Shown here: positions 26,747-41,700 of the stretch, piece by piece
Layout of the letters: every line of letters begins with the position of its first letter
How positions within the stretch are numbered: the stretch's first letter is position 1
Assembly: GCA_964016885.1 (NCBI GenBank)
Contig: OZ024741.1
Span: 246,326,001-246,390,000, forward strand
Length of the DNA: 64,000 nucleotides
Direction of reading: 5' to 3'
Origin: Eledone cirrhosa
Taxonomy: Eukaryota
Translations under genes and position numbers: made by a program
Notes under the pieces: model-generated
The model's database searches: none
Seen by the model: only the letters and a program-made list of their open reading frames with translations
Told to the model about the DNA's origin: nothing

Positions 26747-29700
26747 CTCCCCCTGATTTTTTTTTACAACTTATCTGCGCCTGATTTTTTTAAAAAAATT
26801 ATCTCCCCTTGGACGGCTGGAAATTATCTCCCCTTGGACGGCTGGAAATTATCTCTCCTTGGACGGCTAGAATTTACCTCTCCTTGGACGGCTGAAAATT
26901 ATCTCCCCTTGGACGGCTGGAAATTATCTCCCCTTGATTTTTTTTACAAATTATCTCCCCCTTTTTTTTTTTTACAAATTATCTCCCCCTGATTTTTTTT
27001 TACAAATTATCTCCCCCTGATTTTTTTTTACAAATTATCTCCCCCTGATTTTTTTTACAAATTATCTCCCCCCTGATTTTTTTACAAATTATCTCCCCTT
27101 GGCTGGCTGGAAATTATCTCCCCTTGGAGGCTGGAACTTATCTCCCCTTGGACGGCTAGAAATTACCTCTCCTTGGACGGCTGGAAAATATGTCTCCTTG
27201 GACGGCTGGATATTATCTCCCCTTGGACGGCTGGAAATTATCTCCCCTTGGATGGCTGGAAATTATCTCCCCTTGGATGGCTAGATATTACCTCCCCTTG
27301 GACGGCTGGAAATTATCTCCCCTTGATTTTTTTAACAAATTATCTCCCCCTGATTTTTTTTTACAAATGATCTCCCCCTGATTTTTTTTAAAAAATTATC
27401 TCCCCCTGATTTTTGTTTACAAATTATCTCCGCCTGATTTTTTTTAACAAATTATCTCCCCTTGGACGGCTGGAAATTATCTCCCCTTGGACGGCTGGAA
27501 ATTATATCTCCTTGGACGGCTAGAATTTACCTCTCCTTGGACGGCTGAAAATTATCTCCCCTTGGACGGCTGGAAATTATCTCCCCTTGATTTTTTTTAC
27601 AAATCATCTCCCCCTGATTTTTTTTTACAAATTATCTCCCCCTGATTTTTTTTTACAAATTATCTCCCCCTGATTTTTTTTTACAAATTATCTCCATCTG
27701 ATTTTTTTACAAATTATCTCCCCTTGGCTGGCTGGAAATTATCTCCCCTTGGAGGCTGGAACTTATCTCCCCTTGGACGGCTAGAAATTACCTCTCCTTG
27801 GACGGCTGGAAAATATGTCTCCTTGGACAGCTGGATATTATCTCCCCTTGGACGGCTGGAAATTATCTCCCCTTGGACGGCTGGAAATTATCTCCCCTTG
27901 GATGGCTAGATATTACCTCCCCTTGGACGGCTGGAAATTATCTCCCCTTGATTTTTTTTACAAATTATCTCCCCCTGATTTTTTTTTACAAATTATCTCC
28001 CCCTGATTTTTGTTTACAAATTATCTCCGCCTGATTTTTTTTTTAAAATTATCTCCCCTTGGACGGCTGGAAATTATCTCCCCTTGGACGGCTAGAAATT
28101 ACCTCTCCTTGGACGGCTGAAAATTATCTCCCCTTGGACGGCTGGAAATTATCTCCCCTTGGACGGCTGGAAATTATCTCCCCTTGGATGGCTAGATATT
28201 ACCTCCCCTTGGACGGCTGGAAATTATCTCCCCTTGATTTTTTTTACAAATTATCTCCCCCTGATTTTTTTTTACAAATTATCTCCCCCTGATTTTTTTA
28301 CAAATTATCCCCCCCTGATTTTTTTTACAAATTATCTCCGCCTGATTTTTTAAAATATTATCTTCCCTTGGCTGGCGGGAAATTATCTCCCCTTGGACGG
28401 CTGGAAATTATCTGCCCTTGATTTTCTTTTTACAAATTAACTTCCACTGATTTTTTTTACAAATTATCTCCCCTGATTTTTTTAAAAATTATCTCCCCTT
28501 GGAAGGCTGGAAATTATCTCCCCTTGGCTGGAAATTATCTCCCCTTGGATGGCTAGAAATTATCTCTCTTTGGACGGCTGGAAATTATCACCCCTTGAGT
28601 TTTTTACAAATTATCTCCCCCTGATTTTTTTTACAAATCTCCCAGTGATTTTTAAAAAAAAATTATCTTCCCTTCGCTGGCTGGAAATTATCTCCCCTTG
28701 GACGCTGGAAATTATAGCCCCTTGGAGGGCTGGAAATTATCTTCCCTTGGACGGCTGGAAATTATCTCCCCTTGATTTTTTTTACAAATTATCTCCCCCT
28801 GATTTTTTTTTACAAATTATCTCCCCCTGATTTTTTTTTACAACTTATCTGCGCCTGATTTTTTTAAAAAAATTATCTCTCCTTGGACGGCTGGAAATTA
28901 TCTACCCTTGGACGGCTGGAAATTATCTCTCCTTGGACGGCTAGAATTTACCTCTCCTTGGACGGCTGAAAATTATCTCCCCTTGGACGGCTGGAAATTA
29001 TCTCCCCTTGATTTTTTTTACAAATTATCTCCCCCTGATTTTTTTTTACAAATTATCTCCCCCTGATTTTTTTTTACAAATTATCTCCCCCTGATTTTTT
29101 TTTACAAATTATCTCCCCCTGATTTTTTTTACAAATTATCTCCCCCTGATTTTTTTTTACAAATTATCTCCCCCTGATTTTTTTTTACAAATTATCTCCC
29201 CCTGATTTTTTTTTACAAATTATCTCCCCCTGATTTTTTTTTACAAATTATCTCCCCCTGATTTTTTTTACAAATTATCTCCCCCTGATTTTTTTTTACA
29301 AATTATCTCCGCCTGATTTTTTTTTAAAAATTACCTCCCCTTGGACGGCTGGAAATTATCTCCCCTTGGACGGCTGGAAATTATCTCCCCTTGGACGGCT
29401 AGAAATTATCTCTCCTTGGACGGCTGAAAATTATCTCCCCTTGGACGGCTGCAAATTATCTCCCCTTGATTTTCTTTACAAATTATCTCCCCCTGATTTT
29501 TTTTACAAATTATCTCCCCCTGATTTTTTTTACAAATTATCTACCCCTGATTTTTTTTACAAATTATCTCCCCCTGATTTTTTTTTACAAATTATCTCCC
29601 CCTGATTTTTTTTTACAAATTATCTCCCCCTGATTTTTCTTTTACAAATTATCTCCCCCTGATTTTTTTACAAAGTATCTCCCCCTGATTTTTTTTACAA

Positions 29701-32700
29701 TCTCCGCCTGATTTTTTTAAAAATTATCTTCCCTTGGCTGGCGGGAAATTATCTCCCCTTGGACGGCTGGAAATTATCTCCCCTTGGAAGGATGGAAATT
29801 ATCTCCCCTTGGACGGCTGGAAATTATCTCCCCTTGCACGGCTGGAAATTATCTCCCCTTGGACGGCTAGAAATTATCTCTCTTTGGACGGCTGGAAATT
29901 ATCTCCCTTTGATTTTTTTTACAAATTATCTCCCTCTGATTTTTTTTACAAATCTCCCCCTGATTTTTTAAAAAAAATTATCTCCCCTTCGCTGGCTGGA
30001 AATTATCTCCCCTTGGACACTGGAAATTATAGCCCCTTGGAGGGCTGGAAATTATCTTCCCTTGGACGGCTGGAAATTATCTCCCCCTGATTTTTTTAAC
30101 AAATTATCTCCGCCTTATTTTTTTTAAAAATTATCTCTCCTTGGACGGCTGGAAATTATCTCCCCTTGATTTTTTTTACAAATAATCTCCCCCTGATTTT
30201 TTTTTACAAATTATCTCCCCCTGATTTTTTTTTACAAATTATCTACCCCTGATTTTTTTTTACAAATTATCTCCCCCTGATTTTTACAAATTATCTCCCC
30301 CTGATTTTTCTTTTACAAATTATCTCCCCCTGATTTTTTTTACAAATTATCTCCGCCTGATTTTTTTAAATATTATCTTCCCTTGGCTGGCGGGAAATTA
30401 TCTCCCCTTGGACGGCTGGAAATTATCTGCCCTTGATTTTCTTTTTACAAATTATCTTCCACTGATTTTTTTTACAAATTATCTCCACCTGATTTTTTAA
30501 AAAATTATCTCCCCTTGGAAGGCTGGAAATTATCTCTCTTTGTACGGCTGGAAATTATCACCCCTTGAGTTTTTTACAAATTATCTCCCCCTGATTTTTT
30601 TTACAAATCTCCCAGTGTTTTTTAAAAAAAATTATCTCCCCTTCGCTGGCTGGAAATTATCTCCCCTTGGACGCTGGAAATTATAGCCCCTTGGAGGGCT
30701 GGAAATTATCTTCCCTTGGACGGCTGGAAATTATCTCCCCTTGATTTTTTTTACAAATTATCTCCCCCTGATTTTTTTTTACAAATTATCTCCCCCTGAT
30801 TTTTTTTTACAACTTATCTGCGCCTGATTTTTTAAAAAAAATTATCTTCCTTTGGACGGCTGGAAATTATCTCCCCTTGGACGGCTGGAAATTATCTCTC
30901 CTTGGACGGCTAGAATTTACCTCTCTTTGGACGGCTGAAAATTATCTCCCCTTGGACGGCTGGAAATTATCTCCCCTTGATTTTTTTTACAAATTATCTC
31001 CCCCTGATTTTTTTTTACAAATTATCTCCCCCTGATTTTTTTTTACAAATTATCTCCCCCTGATTTTTTTTTACAAATTATCTCCCCCTGATTTTTTTTA
31101 CAAATTATCTCCCCCTGATTTTTTTACAAATTATCTCCCCTTGGCTGGTTGGAAATTATCTCCCCTTGGAGGCTGGAACTTATGTCCCCTTGGACGGCTA
31201 GAAATTACCTCTCCTTGGACGGCTGGAAAATATGTCTCCTTGGACGGCTGGATATTATCTCCCCTTGGACGGCTGGAAATTATCTCCCCTTGGACGGCTG
31301 GAAATTATCTCCCCTTGGATGGCTAGATATTACCTCCCCTTGGACGGCTGGAAATTATCTCCCCTTGATTTTTTTTACAAATTATCTCCCCCTGATTTTT
31401 TTTTACAAATTATCTCCCCCTGATTTTTTTTTACAAATTATCTCCCCCTGATTTTTGTTTACAAATTATCTCCGCCTGATTTTTTTTTTAAAATTATCTC
31501 CCCTTGGACGGCTGGAAATTATCTCCCCTTGGACGGCTAGAAATTACCTATCCTTGGACGGCTGAAAATTATCTCCCCTTGGACGGCTGGAAATTATCTC
31601 CCCTTGATTTTTTTACAAATTATCTCCCCCTGATTTTTTTTTACAAATTATCTCCCCCTGATTTTTTTTTTACAAATTATCTCCCCCTGATTTTTTTTTA
31701 CAAATTATCTACCCCTGATTTTTTTTACAAATTATCTCCCCCTGATTTTTTTTACAAATTATCTCCCCCTGATTTTTTTTTACAAATTATCTCCCCCTGA
31801 TTTTTTTACAAATTATCTCCCCCTGATTTTTTTTACAAATTATCTCCGCCTGATTTTTTTAAATATTATCTTCCCTTGGCTGGCGGGAAATTATCTCCCC
31901 TTGGACGGCTGAAAATTATCTCCCCTTGGACGGCTGGAAATTATCTCCCCTTGATTTTTTTTACAAATTATCTCCCCCTGATTTTTTTTTACAAATTATC
32001 TCCCCCTGATTTTTTTACAAATTATCTCCCCCTGATTTTTTTTTACAAATTATCTCCCCCTGATTTTTTTTACAAATTATCTCCCTCTGATTTTTTTACA
32101 AATTATCTCCCCTTGGCTGGCTGGAAATTATCTCCCCTTGGACGGCTAGAAATTACCTCTCCTTGGACGGCTGGAAAATATGTCTCCTTGGACGGCTGGA
32201 TATTATCTCCCCTTGGACGGCTGGAAATTATCTCCCCTTGGACGGCTGGAAATTATCTCCCCTTGGACGGATAGATATTACCTCCCCTTGGACGGCTGGA
32301 AATTATCTCCCCTTGATTTTTTTACAAATTATCTCCCCCTGATTTATTTTACAAATCTCCCAATGATTTAAAAAAAAAATTATCTCCCCTTCGCTGGCTG
32401 GAAATTATCTCCCCTTGGACGCTGGAAATTATAGCCCCTTGGAGGGCTGGAAATTATCTTCCCTTGGACGGCTGGAAATTATCTCCCCTTGATTTTTTTT
32501 ACAAATTATCTCCCCCTGATTTTTTTTACAAATTATCTCCCCCTGATTTTTTTTACAAATTATCTCCCCCTGATTTTTTTTTACAAATTATCTCCCCCTG
32601 ATTTTTTTACAAATTATCTCCCCCTGATTTTTTTTACAATCTCCGCCTGATTTTTTTAAAAATTATCTTCCCTTGGCTGGCTGGAAATTATCTCCCCTTG

Positions 32701-35700
32701 GACACTGGAAATTATAGCCCCTTGGAGGGCTGGAAATTATCTTCCCTTGGACGGCTGGAAATTATCTCCCCTTGATTTTTTTTACAAATTATCTCCCCCT
32801 GATTTTTTTTTACAAATTATCTACCCCTGATTTTTTTTTACAAATTATCTCCCCCTGATTTTTTTTACAAATTATCTCCCCCTGATTTTTCTTTTACAAA
32901 TTATCTCCCCCTGATTTTTTTACAAATTATCTCCCCCTGATTTTTTTTACAAATTATCTCCGCCTGATTTTTTTAAATATTATCTTCCCTTGGCTGGCGG
33001 GAAATTATCTCCCCTTGGACGGCTGGAAATTATCTGCCCTTGATTTTCTTTTTACAAATTATCTTCCACTGATTTTTTTTACAAATTATCTCCACCTGAT
33101 TTTTTAAAAAATTATCTCCCCTTGGAAGGCTGGAAATTATCTCCCCTTGGACGGCTGGAAATTATCTCCCCTTGGACGGCTAGAAATTATCTCTCCTTGG
33201 ACGGCTGAAAATTATCTCCCCTTGGACGGCTGCAAATTATCTCCCCTTGATTTTTTTTACAAATTATCTCCCCCTGATTTTTTTTACAAATTATCTCCCC
33301 CTGATTTTTTTTACAAATTATCTACCCCTGATTTTTTTTACAAATTATCTCCCCCTGATTTTTTTTTACAAATTATCTCCCCCTGATTTTTTTTTACAAA
33401 TTATCTCCCCCTGATTTTTTTTTACAAATTATCTCCCCCTGATTTTTTTACAAATTATCTCCCCCTGATTTTTTTTACAATCTCCGCCTGATTTTTTTAA
33501 AAATTATCTTCCCTTGGCTGGCGGGAAATTATCTCCCCTTGGACGGCTGGAAATTATCTCGCCTTGCACGGCTGGAAATTATCTCCCCTTGGCTGGAAAT
33601 TATCTCCCCTTGGACGGCTAGAAATTATCTCTCTTTGGACGGCTGGAAATTATCTCCCTTTGATTTTTTTTACAAATTATCTCCCTCTGATTTTTTTTAC
33701 AAATCTCCCCCTGATTTTTTTAAAAAAATTATCTCCCCTTCGCTGGCTGGAAATTATCTTCCCTTGGACGGCTGGAAATTATCTCACCTTGATTTTTTTT
33801 ACAAATTATCTCCGCCTGATTTTTTTTTAAAATTATCTCTCCTTGGACGGCTGGAAATTATCTCCCCTTGATTTTTTTTACAAATAATCTCCCCCTGATT
33901 TTTTTTTATAAATTATCTCCCCCTGATTTTTTTTTACAAATTATCTACCCCTGTTTTTTTTTACAAATTATCTCCCCCTGATTTTTTTTACAAATTATCT
34001 CCCCCTGATTTTTCTTTTACAAATTATCTCCCCCTGATTTTTCTTTTACAAATTATCTCCCCCTGATTTTTTTACAAATTATCTCCCCCTGATTTTTTTT
34101 ACAAATTGTCTCCGCCTGATTTTTTTAAATATTATCTTCCCTTGGCTGGCGGGAAATTACCTCCCCTTGGACGGCTGGAAATTATCTGCCCTTGATTTTC
34201 TTTTTACAAATTATCTTCCACTGATTTTTTTTACAAATTATCTCCACCTGATTTTTTAAAAAATTATCTCCCCTTGGAAGGCTGGAAATTATCTCCCCTT
34301 GGCTGGAAATTATCTCCCCTTGGACGGCTAGAAATTATCTCTCTTTGGACGGCTGGAAATTATCACCCCTTGAGTTTTTTACAAATTATCTCCCCCTGAT
34401 TTTTTTTACAAATCTCCCAGTGATTTTTTAAAAAAAATTATCTCCCCTTCGCTGGCTGGAAATTATCTCCCCTTGGACGCTGGAAATTATAGCCCCTTGG
34501 AGGGCTGGAAATTATCTTCCCTTGGACGGCTGGAAATTATCTCCCCTTGATTTTTTTTACAAATTATCTCCCCCTGATTTTTTTTTACAAATTATCTCCC
34601 CCTGATTTTTTTTTACAACTTATCTGCGCCTGATTTTTTTAAAAAAATTATCTCCCCTTGGACGGCTGGAAATTATCTCCCCTTGGACGGCTGGAAATTA
34701 TCTCTCCTTGGACGGCTAGAATTTACCTCTCCTTGGACGGCTGAAAATTATCTCCCCTTGGACGGCTGGAAATTATCTCCCCTTGATTTTTTTTACAAAT
34801 TATCTCCCCCTTTTTTTTTTTTACAAATTATCTCCCCCTGATTTTTTTTTACAAATTATCTCCCCCTGATTTTTTTTTACAAATTATCTCCCCCTGATTT
34901 TTTTTACAAATTATCTCCCCCCTGATTTTTTTACAAATTATCTCCCCTTGGCTGGCTGGAAATTATCTCCCCTTGGAGGCTGGAACTTATCTCCCCTTGG
35001 ACGGCTAGAAATTACCTCTCCTTGGACGGCTGGAAAATATGTCTCCTTGGACGGCTGGATATTATCTCCCCTTGGACGGCTGGAAATTATCTCCCCTTGG
35101 ATGGCTGGAAATTATCTCCCCTTGGATGGCTAGATATTACCTCCCCTTGGACGGCTGGAAATTATCTGCCCTTGATTTTTTTAACAAATTATCTCCCCCT
35201 GATTTTTTTTTACAAATGATCTCCCCCTGATTTTTTTTAAAAAATTATCTCCCCCTGATTTTTGTTTACAAATTATCTCCGCCTGATTTTTTTTAACAAA
35301 TTATCTCCCCTTGGACGGCTGGAAATTATCTCCCCTTGGACGGCTGGAAATTATATCTCCTTGGACGGCTAGAATTTACCTCTCCTTGGACGGCTGAAAA
35401 TTATCTCCCCTTGGACGGCTGGAAATTATCTCCCCTTGATTTTTTTTACAAATCATCTCCCCCTGATTTTTTTTTACAAATTATCTCCCCCTGATTTTTT
35501 TTTACAAATTATCTCCCCCTGATTTTTTTTTACAAATTATCTCCATCTGATTTTTTTACAAATTATCTCCCCTTGGCTGGCTGGAAATTATCTCCCCTTG
35601 GAGGCTGGAACTTATCTCCCCTTGGACGGCTAGAAATTACCTCTCCTTGGACGGCTGGAAAATATGTCTCCTTGGACAGCTGGATATTATCTCCCCTTGG

Positions 35701-38700
35701 ACGGCTGGAAATTATCTCCCCTTGGACGGCTGGAAATTATCTCCCCTTGGATGGCTAGATATTACCTCCCCTTGGACGGCTGGAAATTATCTCCCCTTGA
35801 TTTTTTTTACAAATTATCTCCCCCTGATTTTTTTTTACAAATTATCTCCCCCTGATTTTTGTTTACAAATTATCTCCGCCTGATTTTTTTTTTTAAATTA
35901 TCTCCCCTTGGACGGCTGGAAATTATCTCCCCTTGGACGGCTAGAAATTACCTCTCCTTGGACGGCTGAAAATTATCTCCCCTTGGACGGCTGGAAATTA
36001 TCTCCCCTTGGACGGCTGGAAATTATCTCCCCTTGGATGGCTAGATATTACCTCCCCTTGGACGGCTGGAAATTATCTCCCCTTGATTTTTTTTACAAAT
36101 TATCTCCCCCTGATTTTTTTTTACAAATTATCTCCCCCTGATTTTTTTACAAATTATCCCCCCCTGATTTTTTTTACAAATTATCTCCGCCTGATTTTTT
36201 AAAATATTATCTTCCCTTGGCTGGCGGGAAATTATCTCCCCTTGGACGGCTGGAAATTATCTGCCCTTGATTTTCTTTTTACAAATTAACTTCCACTGAT
36301 TTTTTTTACAAATTATCTCCCCTGATTTTTTTAAAAATTATCTCCCCTTGGAAGGCTGGAAATTATCTCCCCTTGGCTGGAAATTATCTCCCCTTGGACG
36401 GCTAGAAATTATCTCTCTTTGGACGGCTGGAAATTATCACCCCTTGAGTTTTTTACAAATTATCTCCCCCTGATTTTTTTTACAAATCTCCCAGTGATTT
36501 TTAAAAAAAAATTATCTTCCCTTCGCTGGCTGGAAATTATCTCCCCTTGGACGCTGGAAATTATAGCCCCTTGGAGGGCTGGAAATTATCTTCCCTTGGA
36601 CGGCTGGAAATTATCTCCCCTTGATTTTTTTTACAAATTATCTCCCCCTGATTTTTTTTTACAAATTATCTCCCCCTTTTTTTTACAACTTATCTGCGCC
36701 TGATTTTTTTAAAAAAATTATCTCTCCTTGGACGGCTGGAAATTATCTACCCTTGGACGGCTGGAAATTATCTCTCCTTGGACGGCTAGAATTTACCTCT
36801 CCTTGGACGGCTGAAAATTATCTCCCCTTGGACGGCTGGAAATTATCTCCCCTTGATTTTTTTTACAAATTATCTCCCCCTGATTTTTTTTTACAAATTA
36901 TCTCCCCCTGATTTTTTTTTACAAATTATCTCCCCCTGATTTTTTTTTACAAATTATCTCCCCCTGATTTTTTTTACAAATTATCTCCCCCTGATTTTTT
37001 TTTACAAATTATCTCCCCCTGATTTTTTTTTACAAATTATCTCCCCCTGATTTTTTTTTACAAATTATCTCCCCCTGATTTTTTTTTACAAATTATCTCC
37101 CCCTGATTTTTTTTACAAATTATCTCCCCCTGATTTTTTTTTACAAATTATCTCCGCCTGATTTTTTTTTAAAAATTACCTCCCCTTGGACGGCTGGAAA
37201 TTATCTCCCCTTGGACGGCTGGAAATTATCTCCCCTTGGACGGCTAGAAATTATCTCTCCTTGGACGGCTGAAAATTATCTCCCCTTGGACGGCTGCAAA
37301 TTATCTCCCCTTGATTTTTTTTACAAATTATCTCCCCCTGATTTTTTTTACAAATTATCTCCCCCTGATTTTTTTTACAAATTATCTACCCCTGATTTTT
37401 TTTACAAATTATCTCCCCCTGATTTTTTTTTACAAATTATCTCCCCCTGATTTTTTTTTACAAATTATCTCCCCCTGATTTTTCTTTTACAAATTATCTC
37501 CCCCTGATTTTTTTACAAAGTATCTCCCCCTGATTTTTTTTACAATCTCCGCCTGATTTTTTTAAAAATTATCTTCCCTTGGCTGGCGGGAAATTATCTC
37601 CCCTTGGACGGCTGGAAATTATCTCCCCTTGGAAGGATGGAAATTATCTCCCCTTGGACGGCTGGAAATTATCTCCCCTTGCACGGCTGGAAATTATCTC
37701 CCCTTGGACGGCTAGAAATTATCTCTCTTTGGACGGCTGGAAATTATCTCCCTTTGATTTTTTTTACAAATTATCTCCCTCTGATTTTTTTTACAAATCT
37801 CCCCCTGATTTTTTAAAAAAAATTATCTCCCCTTCGCTGGCTGGAAATTATCTCCCCTTGGACACTGGAAATTATAGCCCCTTGGAGGGCTGGAAATTAT
37901 CTTCCCTTGGACGGCTGGAAATTATCTCCCCCTGATTTTTTTAACAAATTATCTCCGCCTTATTTTTTTTAAAAATTATCTCTCCTTGGACGGCTGGAAA
38001 TTATCTCCCCTTGATTTTTTTTACAAATAATCTCCCCCTGATTTTTTTTTACAAATTATCTCCCCCTGATTTTTTTTTACAAATTATCTACCCCTGATTT
38101 TTTTTTACAAATTATCTCCCCCTGATTTTTTACAAATTATCTCCCCCTGATTTTTCTTTTACAAATTATCTCCCCCTGATTTTTTTTACAAATTATCTCC
38201 GCCTGATTTTTTTAAATATTATCTTCCCTTGGCTGGCGGGAAATTATCTCCCCTTGGACGGCTGGAAATTATCTGCCCTTGATTTTCTTTTTACAAATTA
38301 TCTTCCACTGATTTTTTTTACAAATTATCTCCACCTGATTTTTTAAAAAATTATCTCCCCTTGGAAGGCTGGAAATTATCTCTCTTTGTACGGCTGGAAA
38401 TTATCACCCCTTGAGTTTTTTACAAATTATCTCCCCCTGATTTTTTTTACAAATCTCCCAGTGTTTTTTAAAAAAAATTATCTCCCCTTCGCTGGCTGGA
38501 AATTATCTCCCCTTGGACGCTGGAAATTATAGCCCCTTGGAGGGCTGGAAATTATCTTCCCTTGGACGGCTGGAAATTATCTCCCCTTGATTTTTTTTAC
38601 AAATTATCTCCCCCTGATTTTTTTTTACAAATTATCTCCCCCTGATTTTTTTTTACAACTTATCTGCGCCTGATTTTTTAAAAAAAATTATCTTCCCTTG

Positions 38701-41700
38701 GACGGCTGGAAATTATCTCCCCTTGGACGGCTGGAAATTATCTCTCCTTGGACGGCTAGAATTTACCTCTCTTTGGACGGCTGAAAATTATCTCCCCTTG
38801 GACGGCTGGAAATTATCTCCCCTTGATTTTTTTTACAAATTATCTCCCCCTGATTTTTTTTTACAAATTATCTCCCCCTGATTTTTTTTTACAAATTATC
38901 TCCCCCTGATTTTTTTTTACAAATTATCTCCCCCTGATTTTTTTTACAAATTATCTCCCCCTGATTTTTTTACAAATTATCTCCCCTTGGCTGGTTGGAA
39001 ATTATCTCCCCTTGGAGGCTGGAACTTATGTCCCCTTGGACGGCTAGAAATTACCTCTCCTTGGACGGCTGGAAAATATGTCTCCTTGGACGGCTGGATA
39101 TTATCTCCCCTTGGACGGCTGGAAATTATCTCCCCTTGGACGGCTGGAAATTATCTCCCCTTGGATGGCTAGATATTACCTCCCCTTGGACGGCTGGAAA
39201 TTATCTCCCCTTGATTTTTTTTACAAATTATCTCCCCCTGATTTTTTTTTACAAATTATCTCCCCCTGATTTTTTTTTACAAATTATCTCCCCCTGATTT
39301 TTGTTTACAAATTATCTCCGCCTGATTTTTTTTTTAAAATTATCTCCCCTTGGACGGCTGGAAATTATCTCCCCTTGGACGGCTAGAAATTACCTATCCT
39401 TGGACGGCTGAAAATTATCTCCCCTTGGACGGCTGGAAATTATCTCCCCTTGATTTTTTTACAAATTATCTCCCCCTGATTTTTTTTTACAAATTATCTC
39501 CCCCTGATTTTTTTTTTACAAATTATCTCCCCCTGATTTTTTTTTACAAATTATCTACCCCTGATTTTTTTTACAAATTATCTCCCCCTGATTTTTTTTA
39601 CAAATTATCTCCCCCTGATTTTTTTTTACAAATTATCTCCCCCTGATTTTTTTACAAATTATCTCCCCCTGATTTTTTTTACAAATTATCTCCGCCTGAT
39701 TTTTTTAAATATTATCTTCCCTTGGCTGGCGGGAAATTATCTCCCCTTGGACGGCTGAAAATTATCTCCCCTTGGACGGCTGGAAATTATCTCCCCTTGA
39801 TTTTTTTTACAAATTATCTCCCCCTGATTTTTTTTTACAAATTATCTCCCCCTGATTTTTTTACAAATTATCTCCCCCTGATTTTTTTTTACAAATTATC
39901 TCCCCCTGATTTTTTTTACAAATTATCTCCCTCTGATTTTTTTACAAATTATCTCCCCTTGGCTGGCTGGAAATTATCTCCCCTTGGACGGCTAGAAATT
40001 ACCTCTCCTTGGACGGCTGGAAAATATGTCTCCTTGGACGGCTGGATATTATCTCCCCTTGGACGGCTGGAAATTATCTCCCCTTGGACGGCTGGAAATT
40101 ATCTCCCCTTGGACGGATAGATATTACCTCCCCTTGGACGGCTGGAAATTATCTCCCCTTGATTTTTTTACAAATTATCTCCCCCTGATTTATTTTACAA
40201 ATCTCCCAATGATTTAAAAAAAAAATTATCTCCCCTTCGCTGGCTGGAAATTATCTCCCCTTGGACGCTGGAAATTATAGCCCCTTGGAGGGCTGGAAAT
40301 TATCTTCCCTTGGACGGCTGGAAATTATCTCCCCTTGATTTTTTTTACAAATTATCTCCCCCTGATTTTTTTTACAAATTATCTCCCCCTGATTTTTTTT
40401 ACAAATTATCTCCCCCTGATTTTTTTTTACAAATTATCTCCCCCTGATTTTTTTACAAATTATCTCCCCCTGATTTTTTTTACAATCTCCGCCTGATTTT
40501 TTTAAAAATTATCTTCCCTTGGCTGGCTGGAAATTATCTCCCCTTGGACACTGGAAATTATAGCCCCTTGGAGGGCTGGAAATTATCTTCCCTTGGACGG
40601 CTGGAAATTATCTCCCCTTGATTTTTTTTACAAATTATCTCCCCCTGATTTTTTTTTACAAATTATCTACCCCTGATTTTTTTTTACAAATTATCTCCCC
40701 CTGATTTTTTTTACAAATTATCTCCCCCTGATTTTTCTTTTACAAATTATCTCCCCCTGATTTTTTTACAAATTATCTCCCCCTGATTTTTTTTACAAAT
40801 TATCTCCGCCTGATTTTTTTAAATATTATCTTCCCTTGGCTGGCGGGAAATTATCTCCCCTTGGACGGCTGGAAATTATCTGCCCTTGATTTTCTTTTTA
40901 CAAATTATCTTCCACTGATTTTTTTTACAAATTATCTCCACCTGATTTTTTAAAAAATTATCTCCCCTTGGAAGGCTGGAAATTATCTCCCCTTGGACGG
41001 CTGGAAATTATCTCCCCTTGGACGGCTAGAAATTATCTCTCCTTGGACGGCTGAAAATTATCTCCCCTTGGACGGCTGCAAATTATCTCCCCTTGATTTT
41101 TTTTACAAATTATCTCCCCTGATTTTTTTTACAAATTATCTCCCCCTGATTTTTTTTACAAATTATCTACCCCTGATTTTTTTTACAAATTATCTCCCCC
41201 TGATTTTTTTTTACAAATTATCTCCCCCTGATTTTTTTTTACAAATTATCTCCCCCTGATTTTTTTTTTACAAATTATCTCCCCCTGATTTTTTTACAAA
41301 TTATCTCCCCCTGATTTTTTTTACAATCTCCGCCTGATTTTTTTAAAAATTATCTTCCCTTGGCTGGCGGGAAATTATCTCCCCTTGGACGGCTGGAAAT
41401 TATCTCGCCTTGCACGGCTGGAAATTATCTCCCCTTGGCTGGAAATTATCTCCCCTTGGACGGCTAGAAATTATCTCTCTTTGGACGGCTGGAAATTATC
41501 TCCCTTTGATTTTTTTTACAAATTATCTCCCTCTGATTTTTTTTACAAATCTCCCCCTGATTTTTTTAAAAAAATTATCTCCCCTTCGCTGGCTGGAAAT
41601 TATCTTCCCTTGGACGGCTGGAAATTATCTCACCTTGATTTTTTTTACAAATTATCTCCGCCTGATTTTTTTTTTAAATTATCTCTCCTTGGACGGCTGG

